Source: Pseudomonas aeruginosa PAO1
Lineage (GTDB): Bacteria; Pseudomonadota; Gammaproteobacteria; Pseudomonadales; Pseudomonadaceae
Direction: 5' to 3' (one strand)
DNA: 64,000 bases
Assembly (NCBI RefSeq): GCF_000006765.1
Contig: NC_002516.2
Under the pieces are notes generated by a model. The model ran no database searches. It was not told where the DNA came from and saw nothing but the letters and a program-made list of their open reading frames with translations. This document shows, one piece after another, positions 51,502 to 62,373 of the stretch. The translations under genes and the position numbers were made by a program. Each line of letters starts with the position of its first letter. Positions within the stretch are counted from its first letter, which is position 1.

Positions 51502-53379
51502 TCAGTCGTCCGCCTGGCCCGGCATGCGGATGCCATGCCGGCGCACCCGCCGATACAGGGTCGCTCGCGAGATACCCAGTTCCCGCGCCGCGGCCATGGG
51601 TTTCCAGCGATGCCGCACGAGGGCGTCGAGCAGGGCGTCGCGCTCCGGACCGCCGCCGCTCTCGCACGCACTGGCCGGTGTCCGGCGTTCGCCACGCAGC
51701 TCTGCCGGAAGGTCGGCGAGTTGCAGGGTGGCGCCGCCGCACAGCGCGCAGGCGTAGCGCAACACATGCCGCAACTGGCGGACATTGCCCGGCCAGCGAT
51801 AGCCGAGCAGGCATTCCAGGGCGGCCTCACCGAGTTCGATGCGTACGCCGCAGTGCGCGGTTTCCTCGTCGAGGATGCGCCGGATCAGCGCCAGCCGGTC
51901 GCTGCGTTCGCGTAGCGGCGGCAGTTCGAAGCGGGCGCCGCCGAGGCGGAAGTAGAGATCCTCGCGGAAGCCGCCGGCCGCCACCAGCGCCGCCAGGTCG
52001 CGGTGGGTGGCGCAGATCACCTGGATATCCACAGCCTGCCGGCGCGCAGCCCCCAGCGGCGCCACCTCGCCCTCGGCCAGCACGCGCAGCAGGCGGGTCT
52101 GCAGGCCCAGCGGCATGTCACCGATCTCGTCGAGGAACAGGGTACCGCCATCGGCCTGCTGCAGCAGGCCGCGCATCCCTTTCGCCGCCGCGCCGGTAAA
52201 GGCTCCGCCAACGTAGCCGAACAGCTCGCTCTCGATCAGGCTTTCGGGAATCGCCGCGCAGTTGAGCGCGACGAAGGGTTTGTCGCGACGGGCGCTGGCC
52301 TGGTGCAACTGGCGGGCGAAAACCTCCTTGCCGGCGCCGGTCTCGCCCTGGATCAGCACCGGCAGGTTGCGGTCCTTGACCCGCACCGCCAGGCGCAGGC
52401 TTTCGGCGATGCGCGGGTCGAGCGCAGCGTCGTCGGGCACCTCGCGCTCCAGCCGCCGCGCCTTGGCCCGCGGCGCGCTGAGACGCACGTGCAGCTCGCC
52501 GGCCTGGCCGCGCAGCAGGCACGGCGCCTGGTCGGCGGCGGCGTGCAGGGCGTCGAGGTCGAACACCTCGCCGATGTGGCTCGGCACCTGCCCCAGGCGC
52601 TGCCGCAGGTAGTGCCGCGCCGCCGGGTTCAACGCCAGCAGGCGCCCATCGGCGTCCCAGGCGAACAGGTAGTCCGGCTGGCTGTCGACGTAGCCCGGCG
52701 CACGGTGCGCGCGCAGCACCCAATGGCCCTGGGCGCTGTGCATGAAGAAGGCGTTCTCGATCTCCCGCGCGCTCTGCGCCACCATCTGCCGGATCAGATG
52801 CTGGCTACGGCGGTCGTCCGGCGATTGCACGGCGGAAACGTCGAGCACACCGAGCAACTCGCCCTGCGGATCGAAGACCGGCGCCGCGGAACAGGTCAGG
52901 TCGATGAAGGCGGCGCGGAAGTGATCGCGCTTGTGCACCGTCACCGCAGTCCTGTCGGTGAGTACGGCGGCCACCCCGCAGGTGCCCTCCTCGCCTTCCG
53001 ACCAGCAGGTGCCGAGATACAGCCCGGCCTTGCGGCAGTCGTTGCGGATGGTCGACTCGACACGGTAGTCGATGGTCCGCCCCTGGGCATCGGTGAGCAG
53101 TACGCAGTAGTCGGCATCGCGCACCCGTCCATGCAGTCGCGCCACCTCTTCGCTGGCGATGCGCAGGAACAGTTCGGAACGCTCGCGACATTCGTCGAGG
53201 AGGGTCTGCGAGAGAATCCGCGGCCCTTGCAGGGACCCCGGGTCGAGACGGTGCTGCTCCATGGAGCGGCGCCAGGAGTCGAGGATCGGCGTCGGCACCG
53301 GCGCCTGCGGCAGGCGCGCGGCGTTCCTCAGGACACGGCTGACACAGTCCACATGGTCCTTCGAGTGTGCGGAAAGCAT
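51502..53379 (-). CDS. acoR: Sigma54 enhancer-binding activator AcoR
   Basis: 625 aa from ATG 53379; GAF domain, [20 protein letters not shown], Fis-type HTH. Confidence 0.96.
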   Translation of the reverse strand: MLSAHSKDHVDCVSRVLRNAARLPQAPVPTPILDSWRRSMEQHRLDPGSLQGPRILSQTLLDECRERSELFLRIASEEVARLHGRVRDADYCVLLTDAQGRTIDYRVESTIRNDCRKAGLYLGTCWSEGEEGTCGVAAVLTDRTAVTVHKRDHFRAAFIDLTCSAAPVFDPQGELLGVLDVSAVQSPDDRRSQHLIRQMVAQSAREIENAFFMHSAQGHWVLRAHRAPGYVDSQPDYLFAWDADGRLLALNPAARHYLRQRLGQVPSHIGEVFDLDALHAAADQAPCLLRGQAGELHVRLSAPRAKARRLEREVPDDAALDPRIAESLRLAVRVKDRNLPVLIQGETGAGKEVFARQLHQASARRDKPFVALNCAAIPESLIESELFGYVGGAFTGAAAKGMRGLLQQADGGTLFLDEIGDMPLGLQTRLLRVLAEGEVAPLGAARRQAVDIQVICATHRDLAALVAAGGFREDLYFRLGGARFELPPLRERSDRLALIRRILDEETAHCGVRIELGEAALECLLGYRWPGNVRQLRHVLRYACALCGGATLQLADLPAELRGERRTPASACESGGGPERDALLDALVRHRWKPMAAARELGISRATLYRRVRRHGIRMPGQADD

Positions 53380-53471
53380 GGGGCCTCCGTTGCTCGGCAT
53401 CTTGTTGTTGTGCCGCCCATTAAGCGCCCATCGGCGACCCTCGACAAGCGCCGGGCCGCCACAGCCGACGA

Positions 53472-53490
53472 CTGAGACGGAGCGTCTCAG
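53472..53490. promoter_or_regulatory. Perfect palindrome, candidate AcoR upstream activator site
   Basis: CTGAGACG-GAG-CGTCTCAG, about 120 bp upstream of the -24/-12 element. Confidence 0.65.
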
Positions 53491-53610
53491 CGTCTCGCCG
53501 GGAACCCGTGCGCGATGACATGGGTTGTCTCGCCGGACGTCGCCCCGGCGGTCGCCGGCCTTCCCATGCCGGCGCTCTACGACGGGCCTTCCGGCCGCCA
53601 CGCCGCAACC

Positions 53611-53626
53611 TGGCATCGGCCTTGCT
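53611..53626 (+). promoter_or_regulatory. Sigma54 (-24/-12) promoter of the aco operon
   Basis: TGGCATCGGCCTTGCT fits TGGCAC-N5-TTGCW. Confidence 0.85.
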
Positions 53627-53710
53627 CCAGCCACGGCGACGGCAGGGCGGACTGTCCGCTCCTCCCAACGCCCTGCCGCATACACCTACAAGAACAATCA
53701 GAGGTGAAGC

Positions 53711-54511
53711 ATGCACGCTACGTCGTCCGACGATTTCTCCCTGTCTTCCCGGGTCGCGCTGGTGACCGGCGCCGGACGCGGCATCGGCCGGGGCATCGCC
53801 CTCGCCCTGGCGCGCGCCGGCGCCGACGTGGCGGTGGCCGACCTCGATCCGCAGGTCGCCGAGGAAACCGCCGCCGCGATCCGCAGCCTCGGTCGCCGCA
53901 GCCTGGCCCTTGGGGTCGACGTCAGCGACGGCGACAGCGTCCGGGCGATGGTCGAGCGGGTCGCCACGGAGTTCGGCCGGCTCGACGTGGCGGTGAACAA
54001 TGCCGGGGTGATCAGCATCCGCAAGGTCGCCGAACTCAGCCTCGCCGACTGGGACCGGGTGATGAACGTCAACGCCCGCGGCGTGTTCCTCTGCTGCCAG
54101 GCCGAACTGCCGCTGATGCAGGCGCAGCGCTGGGGGCGGATCGTCAACCTGTCATCGATCGCCGGCAAGGTCGGTCTCCCCGACCTCGCCCACTACTGTG
54201 CCTCGAAGTTTGCCGTGATCGGTTTCAGCAATGCCCTGGCCAAGGAGGTCGCGCGCGACGGGGTGACGGTCAACGCGCTCTGCCCGGGAATCGTCGGCAC
54301 CGGAATGTGGCGCGGCGAGGACGGCTTGTCGGGCCGCTGGCGGCAGGCCGGCGAAAGCGAGGCGCAGTCCTGGGAACGCCACCAGGCCAGCCTGCTGCCC
54401 CAGGGCGAGGCGCAGACCGTCGAAGACATGGGCCAGCTCGTCGTCTACCTGGCCTGCGCGCCGCACGTCACCGGCCAGGCCATCGCCGTCGACGGCGGAT
54501 TCTCGCTATGA
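53711..54511 (+). CDS. SDR-family butanediol/acetoin dehydrogenase
   Basis: 266 aa; TGAGRGIG, NNAG, YCASK. Confidence 0.9.
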   Translation: MHATSSDDFSLSSRVALVTGAGRGIGRGIALALARAGADVAVADLDPQVAEETAAAIRSLGRRSLALGVDVSDGDSVRAMVERVATEFGRLDVAVNNAGVISIRKVAELSLADWDRVMNVNARGVFLCCQAELPLMQAQRWGRIVNLSSIAGKVGLPDLAHYCASKFAVIGFSNALAKEVARDGVTVNALCPGIVGTGMWRGEDGLSGRWRQAGESEAQSWERHQASLLPQGEAQTVEDMGQLVVYLACAPHVTGQAIAVDGGFSL

Positions 54512-55548
54512 CCCCGCCCTCGCCGATCGTCGGCATCATCGCCAACCCGGCCTCCGGTCGCGACCTGCGTCGCCTCACCGCCCATGCCGGGCTGCACTCC
54601 AGCACCGACAAGGCATCGGTGGTGCAACGCCTGCTCGCCGCCTTCGGCGCCACCGGCATCCGCCATGCGTTGCTGCCGCCGGACATGACCGGCATCGCCG
54701 CCGCCGTGCTCCGGGCCAGCCAGACCCGCCAGGCCCGCGACGGCCACTGGCCGTTCCTGGAGTTCCTCGACATGCCGCTGCGCCAGAGCGTCGAGGATAC
54801 CCGCCTGGCGGCGCGGCGCATGGTCGAGCGCGGCGTGGCGCTGATCGCCGTGCTCGGCGGCGACGGCACGCACAAGGCAGTGGCCGCCGAGGTCGGCGAC
54901 GTCCCCCTGCTGGCGCTGTCCACCGGGACCAACAACGCCTTCCCGGAGCTGCGCGAAGCCACCGGCGCGGGGCTCGCCGGCGGCCTCTGCGCCAGCAACC
55001 GGGTGCCGCCGGAGATCGGCCTGCGACGCAACAAGCGCCTGCTGGTGCGCGAGCCGCGCCGCGGGCTCTGCGAGTGGGCGCTGGTGGACGTCGCGGTGTC
55101 GCCGCAGCCGTTCATCGGCGCCCGCGCCATCAGTCGCGCCGAAGACCTCGCCGAAGTCTTCGTCAGCTTCGCCGAACCCCACGCCATCGGCCTTTCGGCG
55201 CTTTGCGGACTGTGGTCGCCGGTGAGCCGCGAGGAGCCCCACGGCGCCTGGATGCGCCTGCATCCGGACGCCCGCGAGAGCCTGCTGGTGCCGCTGGCGC
55301 CGGGCCTGCTGGTGGGCTGCGGGGTCTCTGCCGCCGGCTACCTGCAACCCGGCGTGGCCCACGCACCGAGCCTGTCCAGCGGGACCCTGGCGCTGGACGG
55401 AGAGCGCGAGATCGAGTTCAGCGCCACCGACCGCCCGAGCATCACCCTCGACCCTTCCGGCCCGTTCAGCGTCGATGTGCCGGCCACCCTCGCCTACGCC
55501 GCCCGCCATCGCCTGCTGGCCGGCCAGCGAACCCCGATGACCCCGTGA
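54508..55548 (+). CDS. acoX: AcoX, NAD-kinase-like fold
   Basis: 346 aa; ATGA overlap; ANPASGRD, LGGDGT, STGTNN. Confidence 0.9.
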   Translation: MTPPSPIVGIIANPASGRDLRRLTAHAGLHSSTDKASVVQRLLAAFGATGIRHALLPPDMTGIAAAVLRASQTRQARDGHWPFLEFLDMPLRQSVEDTRLAARRMVERGVALIAVLGGDGTHKAVAAEVGDVPLLALSTGTNNAFPELREATGAGLAGGLCASNRVPPEIGLRRNKRLLVREPRRGLCEWALVDVAVSPQPFIGARAISRAEDLAEVFVSFAEPHAIGLSALCGLWSPVSREEPHGAWMRLHPDARESLLVPLAPGLLVGCGVSAAGYLQPGVAHAPSLSSGTLALDGEREIEFSATDRPSITLDPSGPFSVDVPATLAYAARHRLLAGQRTPMTP

Positions 55549-55570
55549 AGACAACCTGGAGAACAACAAG

Positions 55571-56545
55571 ATGTCCACTCTGAGCACCGACCAACTGCTC
55601 CATGCCTACCGCGTGATGCGCACCATCCGCGCCTTCGAGGAACGCCTGCACGTCGAGTTCGCCACGGGCGAGATACCCGGCTTCGTCCACCTCTACGCCG
55701 GCGAGGAGGCCTCCGCCGCCGGCGTGATGGCGCACCTGCGCGACGACGACTGCATCGCCTCCACCCATCGCGGCCACGGCCACTGCATCGCCAAGGGCGT
55801 AGACGTGCACGGCATGATGGCGGAAATCTATGGCAAGAAGACCGGGGTCTGCCAGGGCAAGGGCGGCTCCATGCATATCGCCGACCTGGAGAAAGGCATG
55901 CTCGGCGCCAACGGAATCGTCGGCGCCGGCGCGCCGCTGGCCGCCGGCGCTGCGCTGGCGGCCAAGCTGAAAGGCAGCGATGCGGTGGCGGTGGCCTTCT
56001 TCGGTGATGGCGGCTCCAACGAAGGCGCGGTGTTCGAGGCGATGAACCTGGCCTCGGTGTGGAACCTGCCGTGCCTGTTCGTCGCCGAGAACAACGGCTA
56101 TGCCGAGGCCACCGCGGCCAACTGGTCGGTGGCCTGCGACCACATCGCCGACCGCGCCGCCGGTTTCGGCATGCCCGGGGTGACCGTCGACGGCTTCGAC
56201 TTCTTCGCCGTCCACGAGGCTGCCGGCGCCGCCATCGAGCGCGCCCGCGCCGGCGAGGGGCCGTCGCTGATCGAAGTCAAGCTGACCCGCTACTACGGAC
56301 ACTTCGAGGGCGACGCACAGACCTACCGCGACCCCGACGAAGTAAAGCACTACCGGGAAACCCGCGACTGCCTCAAGCAGTTCCGCGAACGCACCTGCCA
56401 CGCCGGCCTGCTCTCCGCCAGCGACCTGGACGCCATCGACGCCGAGGTCGAGGCACGCATCGAGGATGCCGTGCAGCGCGCGAAGAACGATCCCAAGCCG
56501 GAGCCGGACGACCTGCTGCGCGACGTCTACGTGTCCTATCCCTGA
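55571..56545 (+). CDS. acoA: Acetoin dehydrogenase E1 alpha
   Basis: 324 aa; THRGHGH, FFGDG...ENNGY TPP motif. Confidence 0.96.
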   Translation: MSTLSTDQLLHAYRVMRTIRAFEERLHVEFATGEIPGFVHLYAGEEASAAGVMAHLRDDDCIASTHRGHGHCIAKGVDVHGMMAEIYGKKTGVCQGKGGSMHIADLEKGMLGANGIVGAGAPLAAGAALAAKLKGSDAVAVAFFGDGGSNEGAVFEAMNLASVWNLPCLFVAENNGYAEATAANWSVACDHIADRAAGFGMPGVTVDGFDFFAVHEAAGAAIERARAGEGPSLIEVKLTRYYGHFEGDAQTYRDPDEVKHYRETRDCLKQFRERTCHAGLLSASDLDAIDAEVEARIEDAVQRAKNDPKPEPDDLLRDVYVSYP

Positions 56546-56577
56546 GCCGCCCGAAAACAAGAACGAGGAGAACCATC

Positions 56578-57597
56578 ATGGCGAGAAAGATCAGCTACCA
56601 GCAGGCCATCAACGAGGCGCTGGCCCAGGAAATGCGCCGCGACCCGAGCGTCTTCATCATGGGCGAAGACAATGCCGGCGGCGCCGGCGCGCCCGGCGAG
56701 GACGACGCCTGGGGCGGCGTGCTGGGGGTCACCAAGGGCCTCTACCACCAGTTCCCCGGCCGTGTGCTGGATACCCCGTTGTCAGAGATCGGCTATGTCG
56801 GCGCCGCGGTCGGCGCCGCCACCCGCGGCATGCGCCCGGTGTGCGAACTGATGTTCGTCGACTTCGCCGGTTGCTGCCTGGACCAGATCCTCAACCAGGC
56901 CGCCAAGTTCCGCTACATGTTCGGCGGCAAGGCGGTCACCCCGCTGGTGATCCGTACCATGGTCGGCGCCGGCCTGCGCGCCGCCGCCCAGCATTCGCAG
57001 ATGCTCACTTCGCTATGGACCCACATCCCCGGCCTCAAGGTGGTCTGCCCGTCGTCGCCCTACGACGCCAAGGGCCTGCTGGTCCAGGCGATCCGCGACA
57101 ACGACCCGGTGATCTTCTGCGAGCACAAGCTGCTCTATTCGATGCAGGGCGAGGTACCCGAGGAGCTGTACAGCGTACCCTTCGGCGAGGCGAACTTCCT
57201 CCGCGACGGCGACGACGTCACCCTGGTGACCTACGGCCGCATGGTCCACCTGGCGCTGGACGCCGCCGCCAGCCTGGCGCGCCAGGGCATCTCCTGCGAA
57301 GTACTGGACCTGCGCAGCACCAGCCCGCTGGACGAGGACAGCATTCTCGAAAGCGTGGAAAAGACCGGCCGCCTGGTGGTGGTCGACGAAGCCAACCCAC
57401 GCTGCTCGATGGCCACCGACATCGCCGCGCTGGTCGCCGAACGGGCCTTCTCCGCGCTGCGCGCGCCGATCCGCCGGGTCACCGCGCCCCATACGCCGGT
57501 GCCTTTCTCCGACGCCCTGGAAGACCTCTACATCCCCGACGCGGCGAAGATCGAGGCAGCCGTGCGCCAGGCCCTGGAAGGGAGGGACGCGGCATGA
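56578..57597 (+). CDS. acoB: Acetoin dehydrogenase E1 beta
   Basis: 339 aa; DTPLSE, MFVDF, AQHSQ. Confidence 0.96.
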   Translation: MARKISYQQAINEALAQEMRRDPSVFIMGEDNAGGAGAPGEDDAWGGVLGVTKGLYHQFPGRVLDTPLSEIGYVGAAVGAATRGMRPVCELMFVDFAGCCLDQILNQAAKFRYMFGGKAVTPLVIRTMVGAGLRAAAQHSQMLTSLWTHIPGLKVVCPSSPYDAKGLLVQAIRDNDPVIFCEHKLLYSMQGEVPEELYSVPFGEANFLRDGDDVTLVTYGRMVHLALDAAASLARQGISCEVLDLRSTSPLDEDSILESVEKTGRLVVVDEANPRCSMATDIAALVAERAFSALRAPIRRVTAPHTPVPFSDALEDLYIPDAAKIEAAVRQALEGRDAA

Positions 57598-58706
57598 GCC
57601 GGATCCATACACTGACCATGCCCAAGTGGGGCCTGTCGATGACCGAGGGTCGGGTGGACGCCTGGCTCAAGGAAGAGGGCGCGCATATCGAGAAAGGCGA
57701 CGAGGTGCTCGACGTGGAGACCGACAAGATCTCCAGCAGCGTCGAGGCGCCCTTCTCGGGCGTGCTGCGGCGCAAGGTGGCGCGCGAGGACGAGACCCTG
57801 GCGGTCGGCGCGCTGCTCGGCGTGGTGGTCGAGGGCGAGGCGAGCGACGAGGAGATCGACGCACTGGTGCAACGCTTCCAGGCCGAATTCGTACCCGCCG
57901 ACGAGGACGCTGGGGATAGCGGACCGGCACCGCGGAAAGTCGAGCTGGACGGGCGCCTCCTGCGCTATTTCGACCGCGGCGAGGGCGATCCGGCGCTACT
58001 GCTGATCCACGGTTTCGGTGGCGACCTGAACAACTGGTTGTTCAACCACGAGGCGCTGGCCGCCGAGCGGCGGGTGATCGCTCTAGACCTGCCGGGCCAC
58101 GGCGAGTCCGGCAAGGCCCTGGTGCGCGGCGACCTCGATGAACTCAGCGGCAGCGTGCTGGCCCTGCTCGACCACCTCGACCTGGAACAGGTACACCTGG
58201 CCGGTCACTCCATGGGGGGAGCGGTGGCGCTGAACTGCGCGCGCCTGGCGCCGCAGCGGGTGCTGTCGCTGAGCCTGATCGGCAGCGCCGGCCTCGGCGA
58301 GGAGATCAACGGCGACTACCTGCGCGGCTTCGTCGAGGCGGCCAACCGCAACGCGTTGAAGCCGCAACTGGTGCAGTTGTTCTCCGACCCCGCGCTGGTC
58401 ACCCGGCAGATGCTCGAGGACATGCTCCGCTACAAGCGCCTGGAAGGCGTCGATGCGGCCCTGCGCCAGTTGCTGGACAACCTGTTCGCCGACGGTCGCC
58501 AGCGCAACGACCTGCGTGCCGTGGCGAACGAGGGCCGCCAGCCGGTCCTGGCGATCTGGGGCAGCGATGACGCGATCATCCCGGCGCGGCATGCCGAGGG
58601 CCTGCCAGCCCAGGTGGAGATCATTCCCGGACAGGCGCACATGGTGCAGATGGAAGCCGCCGAGCAGGTCAACCGCCTGCTGCTCGACTTCCTCCGCCAG
58701 CATTGA
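57594..58706 (+). CDS. acoC: AcoC: lipoyl domain fused to an alpha/beta-hydrolase
   Basis: 370 aa; VETDKISSSVEAP lipoyl Lys; HGFGG; GHSMGG. Confidence 0.94.
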   Translation: MSRIHTLTMPKWGLSMTEGRVDAWLKEEGAHIEKGDEVLDVETDKISSSVEAPFSGVLRRKVAREDETLAVGALLGVVVEGEASDEEIDALVQRFQAEFVPADEDAGDSGPAPRKVELDGRLLRYFDRGEGDPALLLIHGFGGDLNNWLFNHEALAAERRVIALDLPGHGESGKALVRGDLDELSGSVLALLDHLDLEQVHLAGHSMGGAVALNCARLAPQRVLSLSLIGSAGLGEEINGDYLRGFVEAANRNALKPQLVQLFSDPALVTRQMLEDMLRYKRLEGVDAALRQLLDNLFADGRQRNDLRAVANEGRQPVLAIWGSDDAIIPARHAEGLPAQVEIIPGQAHMVQMEAAEQVNRLLLDFLRQH

Positions 58707-58719
58707 GGAGACGACCGAC

Positions 58720-59811
58720 ATGAACAGTTCCCCGCAAGCCAACGCGGCGATGCGCGCCGCCGTCTGGCACGGCCGCCACGATATCCGCGTGGAAGACGTG
58801 CCGCTCCCGGCCGAGCCGCCGCCCGGCTGGGTGCAGATCCGCGTGCACTGGTGCGGCATCTGCGGCTCCGACCTGCACGAATACCTGGCCGGCCCGGTAT
58901 TCATCCCCGTGGAGGCGCCGCACCCGCTCACCGGCCTCAAGGATCAATGCATCCTCGGCCACGAGTTCAGCGGCGAAATCGTCCGCCTCGGCAACGGCGT
59001 GACCGGCTTCGCCGTCGGCCAGGCGGTCGCCGCAGACGCCTGCCAGCATTGCGGCACCTGCTACTACTGCCGGCATGGGCTGTACAACATCTGCGAGAAC
59101 CTGGCCTTCACCGGGCTGATGAACAACGGCGCCTTCGCCGAATACGTCAACGTACCGGCCAACCTGCTCTACGCCCTGCCGGCCGGATTTCCCAGCGAGG
59201 CCGGCGCGCTGATCGAGCCGCTGGCGGTGGGCATGCACGCGGTGAAGAAGGCCGGCAGCCTGCTCGGGCAGAACGTGGTGGTGGTCGGCGCCGGCACCAT
59301 CGGCCTGAGCACCATCATGTGCGCGCGCGCCGCCGGCGCGGCACAGGTGATCGCCCTGGAGATGTCCTCGGCGCGCAAGGCCAAGGCCCTGGAGGTCGGC
59401 GCCAGCCAGGTGCTCGACCCCTCGCGGTGCGACGCCCTAGGCGAAATCCGCGCCCTCACCGGCGGGCTTGGCGCCGACGTCAGCTTCGAATGCATCGGCA
59501 ACAAGCACACCGCCAAGCTGGCCATCGATGCCATCCGCAAGGCCGGCAAATGCGTGCTTGTGGGAATCTTCGAGGAGCCCAGTGAATTCAATTTCTTCGA
59601 GCTGGTTTCCACCGAGAAGCAGTTGCTCGGGGCCCTCGCCTACAACGGCGAGTTCGCCGACGTGATCGCCTTCATAGCCGACGGCCGCCTCGACATCGCA
59701 CCGCTGGTGACCGGTCGCATCGGCCTGGAAGAAATCGTCGAGCGCGGTTTCGAAGAGTTGGTGAACAACAAGGAGCACAACGTGAAGATCATCGTCTCGC
59801 CGGGCGGCTGA
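58720..59811 (+). CDS. Zn-dependent (MDR) 2,3-butanediol dehydrogenase
   Basis: 363 aa; CGICGSDLHEY, GHEFSG, CQHCGTCYYC, GAGTIG. Confidence 0.94.
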   Translation: MNSSPQANAAMRAAVWHGRHDIRVEDVPLPAEPPPGWVQIRVHWCGICGSDLHEYLAGPVFIPVEAPHPLTGLKDQCILGHEFSGEIVRLGNGVTGFAVGQAVAADACQHCGTCYYCRHGLYNICENLAFTGLMNNGAFAEYVNVPANLLYALPAGFPSEAGALIEPLAVGMHAVKKAGSLLGQNVVVVGAGTIGLSTIMCARAAGAAQVIALEMSSARKAKALEVGASQVLDPSRCDALGEIRALTGGLGADVSFECIGNKHTAKLAIDAIRKAGKCVLVGIFEEPSEFNFFELVSTEKQLLGALAYNGEFADVIAFIADGRLDIAPLVTGRIGLEEIVERGFEELVNNKEHNVKIIVSPGG

Positions 59812-59894
59812 CGCTTCAGCCCTTGTCGCGCTTGCGACACAGCCCCGCGGCCGGCGGGGCTTGCTTTACGAAACGCAGAGACGCGGGCGGAGGC

Positions 59895-60563
59895 TCAGAA
59901 CCACTTGTCGTTGCGCTTGCGCCGCACCCTCAGCAGCGACGGCAGGATCAGCCCGGCGAACAGGCCGGCGCCGGCGATGCTGCCGCCGTAGACCATGTAG
60001 CGCATCAGCACCTGCTTGTTCTCGTCGCCCAGTTGCGCCTGCACCGCACGCAGGTCGGAGCGGGCCTTGCCGAGCTCGGCGTCCAGGTTGCTGCGCGCCG
60101 CCTGCAATTCGTCGATCAACTTCTTGCGCGTGTCGAGGGTTTCCTGCATGCCCTGCACGCGGGTCTTCCAGGTGTCGTTGATGCCGTCCAGCTCGGCGGT
60201 CAGGGCGGCCACCTTCTGTTCCAGTTGCGGCAGACGCTCGGCCTGGCCGGGAACCTCCTGCAAGTCGCGGCTGGGAATCCACACGGTGCTGCCGTTCTCG
60301 CCGCGCACCTGGCTGTAGTTGCCCTGGGTGCCGAGCAGCTCGACCTTCTGCCCGGAGGTGAGCGTGCCGACGATGCGATAGCCGTCGGTGGGGCCGCTGC
60401 GCACGAAAGTGGTCAGGCTGTCGCTCACCCAACGCGCGTTGCCGGTCGCCTCCTCGGCCTGCGCCGGAGCGCCGGCCGCCAGCAGGCCGCCAAGCAGGCA
60501 GGCTCCGATGACGCGGTTCTGGAACGGGGAAAGAGCGGCGGGGATGCGACGGGATAGGGACAT
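59895..60563 (-). CDS. SH3-domain/coiled-coil protein with C-terminal anchor (YgiM/HtrG-like)
   Basis: 222 aa; signal peptide; VRSGPTDGYRIVGTL; C-terminal YMVYGGSIAGAGLFAGLILP-RRKRNDKWF. Confidence 0.9.
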   Translation of the reverse strand: MSLSRRIPAALSPFQNRVIGACLLGGLLAAGAPAQAEEATGNARWVSDSLTTFVRSGPTDGYRIVGTLTSGQKVELLGTQGNYSQVRGENGSTVWIPSRDLQEVPGQAERLPQLEQKVAALTAELDGINDTWKTRVQGMQETLDTRKKLIDELQAARSNLDAELGKARSDLRAVQAQLGDENKQVLMRYMVYGGSIAGAGLFAGLILPSLLRVRRKRNDKWF

Positions 60564-60998
60564 GGCAATCTTCACATGGCGAGAGAACGAAACCCGCAAA
60601 GGGGAGCGAAAAAGCCGGCCAGTCGAATTGTTATGGACAAGCGCGCGACCGGGACGGGGCTACCGTATGGCCAAGGGCCATGCGCCTGGCCCGGTTGGGC
60701 CGACGGCTGACAGACAGCGCTCGGGGCGATTGAGTTCACTCGTTTCCGCAGGAATGGATGGATGGTTGTAACAGCAGAATGCCAGGCCTGCCGACGGCCA
60801 GCGCTGCCCAGGCTGCGACCTGTCCGGGAGGTCCCCGGGTACGACGGTCTCTACGCCAAGGCAGAGGCTCCCTCGCCTGTACCACGCCCCACCGGTCGGA
60901 TGGCGCGCTGCGATACAGCGGGCCCGTCAGGCGGCCAACCGCAGGCGGTCACTCGCTCTCCATCGCCGCCAGGTCGCGGCCGTCGCCGGCCCTTTCCA

Positions 60999-62306
60999 TC
61001 ATTCCTCTGCCAGGTGCCCGGCGAAGGTAGTGGCGCTGTAGCGCTCGCGGAACAGCCCCTTCTCCACCAGGCGCGGCACCACCTGTTCGAGGAACAGCCG
61101 CAGCGAGCCGACCGAGCCTCCCGGCGCGGCGATGAAACCGTCCATGGCGCCGGCGGCGGCCCAGTCGACGATCTGCTCGACGGCATCGTCCACCGTACCG
61201 ATGACCTGCCAGTGCGCCGCGGAAATCACCTCGGGGCGCAGCAGCAACTGGTCCAGGCGTAGCGTCTCGCGCTCGATCAGGCGCCGCAGCAGGTCGGTGT
61301 GGGTGCGGCTGCCGGGGTTGGCCACCGGCGGCGGCAGGTCGGCCGCGGAAATCGGCCGGTCCAGCGGCCAGTCGCTGAGGTCGAGGCCGAGCATCTGCCT
61401 GATCGCGGCGAACTTGCGCGCGCGGTCCAGGCGCGCGTGGGTCTGCATGAAGATTTCCCGCGCCTCCTCGCGGCTCTCCGCCAGGTACAGGCTGAAGCCC
61501 GGCAGCAGGCGCACGTCGCGCGGCGAGCGACCGTGGCGTTCGGCGCGGCGGGAAAGGTCGCGGCGCAGTTCCAGGGCAGCCTCCTTGTCCGGGGTCGGCG
61601 CGAACACCAGGTCGGCCACCGAGGCGGCGAAGTCGCGCCCGCTCTCGGAGGCGCCGGCCTGCACCAGGGGAATCCGCGCCTCGCCGAAGGCCGGCAGGTT
61701 GAGCGGTCCCTTGACCTTGAGGAATTCGCCGTCGTGGTCGACCGGGCGCACCCGGGAAACGTCGGCGTAGCGGCCGCTCTCGCGGTCGACCAGGAGTGCC
61801 TCGCGGGGGAAGCTGTCCCACAGGTCGTGCACCAGCCGGGTGAACTCGGCGGCGCGCGCGTAGCGCTGCTCCGCATCGGGCATCGCGTCCAGGCCGAAGT
61901 TCTCGTGGCCCTGCAGCGCGGTGACGATGTTCCAGCCGGCGCGGCCGTCGCTGATCCAGTGCAGCGATTGCAGCTGCCGGGCCACCACGTAGGGCGGATA
62001 GAACGTGGTGGAGACCGTCGACACCAGGCCGATCCGCGAGGTTTCGCGGGCGACCGCGGCAAGCAGTACGGTGGGATCCAGGCTGGCGAAGCCGGAGCCG
62101 GTCTCCAGCACGTCCAGTGGCAGGCTGCTGACGTCCGGGCGAAACACGAAGTCGAGGTGGGCGGCTTCGGAGCGCCTGGCGATGTCGACGGCGAAATCGC
62201 TGCCGAAGATGCCTTCGATGTTGCTGTCGGGGCGCCGCCAGGCATCGCCGCTGAGCCAGGTGGGGGCCAGCGACATGCCGATGTGCAGGCGTTTCGGGGT
62301 ACTCAT
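60999..62306 (-). CDS. NtaA/DszA/SnaA-family FMN-dependent monooxygenase
   Basis: 435 aa; STTFYPPYVVARQ, SDGRAGWNIVT, QAGASESGRDFAA. Confidence 0.92.
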   Translation of the reverse strand: MSTPKRLHIGMSLAPTWLSGDAWRRPDSNIEGIFGSDFAVDIARRSEAAHLDFVFRPDVSSLPLDVLETGSGFASLDPTVLLAAVARETSRIGLVSTVSTTFYPPYVVARQLQSLHWISDGRAGWNIVTALQGHENFGLDAMPDAEQRYARAAEFTRLVHDLWDSFPREALLVDRESGRYADVSRVRPVDHDGEFLKVKGPLNLPAFGEARIPLVQAGASESGRDFAASVADLVFAPTPDKEAALELRRDLSRRAERHGRSPRDVRLLPGFSLYLAESREEAREIFMQTHARLDRARKFAAIRQMLGLDLSDWPLDRPISAADLPPPVANPGSRTHTDLLRRLIERETLRLDQLLLRPEVISAAHWQVIGTVDDAVEQIVDWAAAGAMDGFIAAPGGSVGSLRLFLEQVVPRLVEKGLFRERYSATTFAGHLAEE

Positions 62307-62373
62307 CGTGCCAATCTCCTGTATGGGCTCTGGGGCTGGGCCAGCCCTGCGCGGGGCCGGCTTCTCGGGGCGC

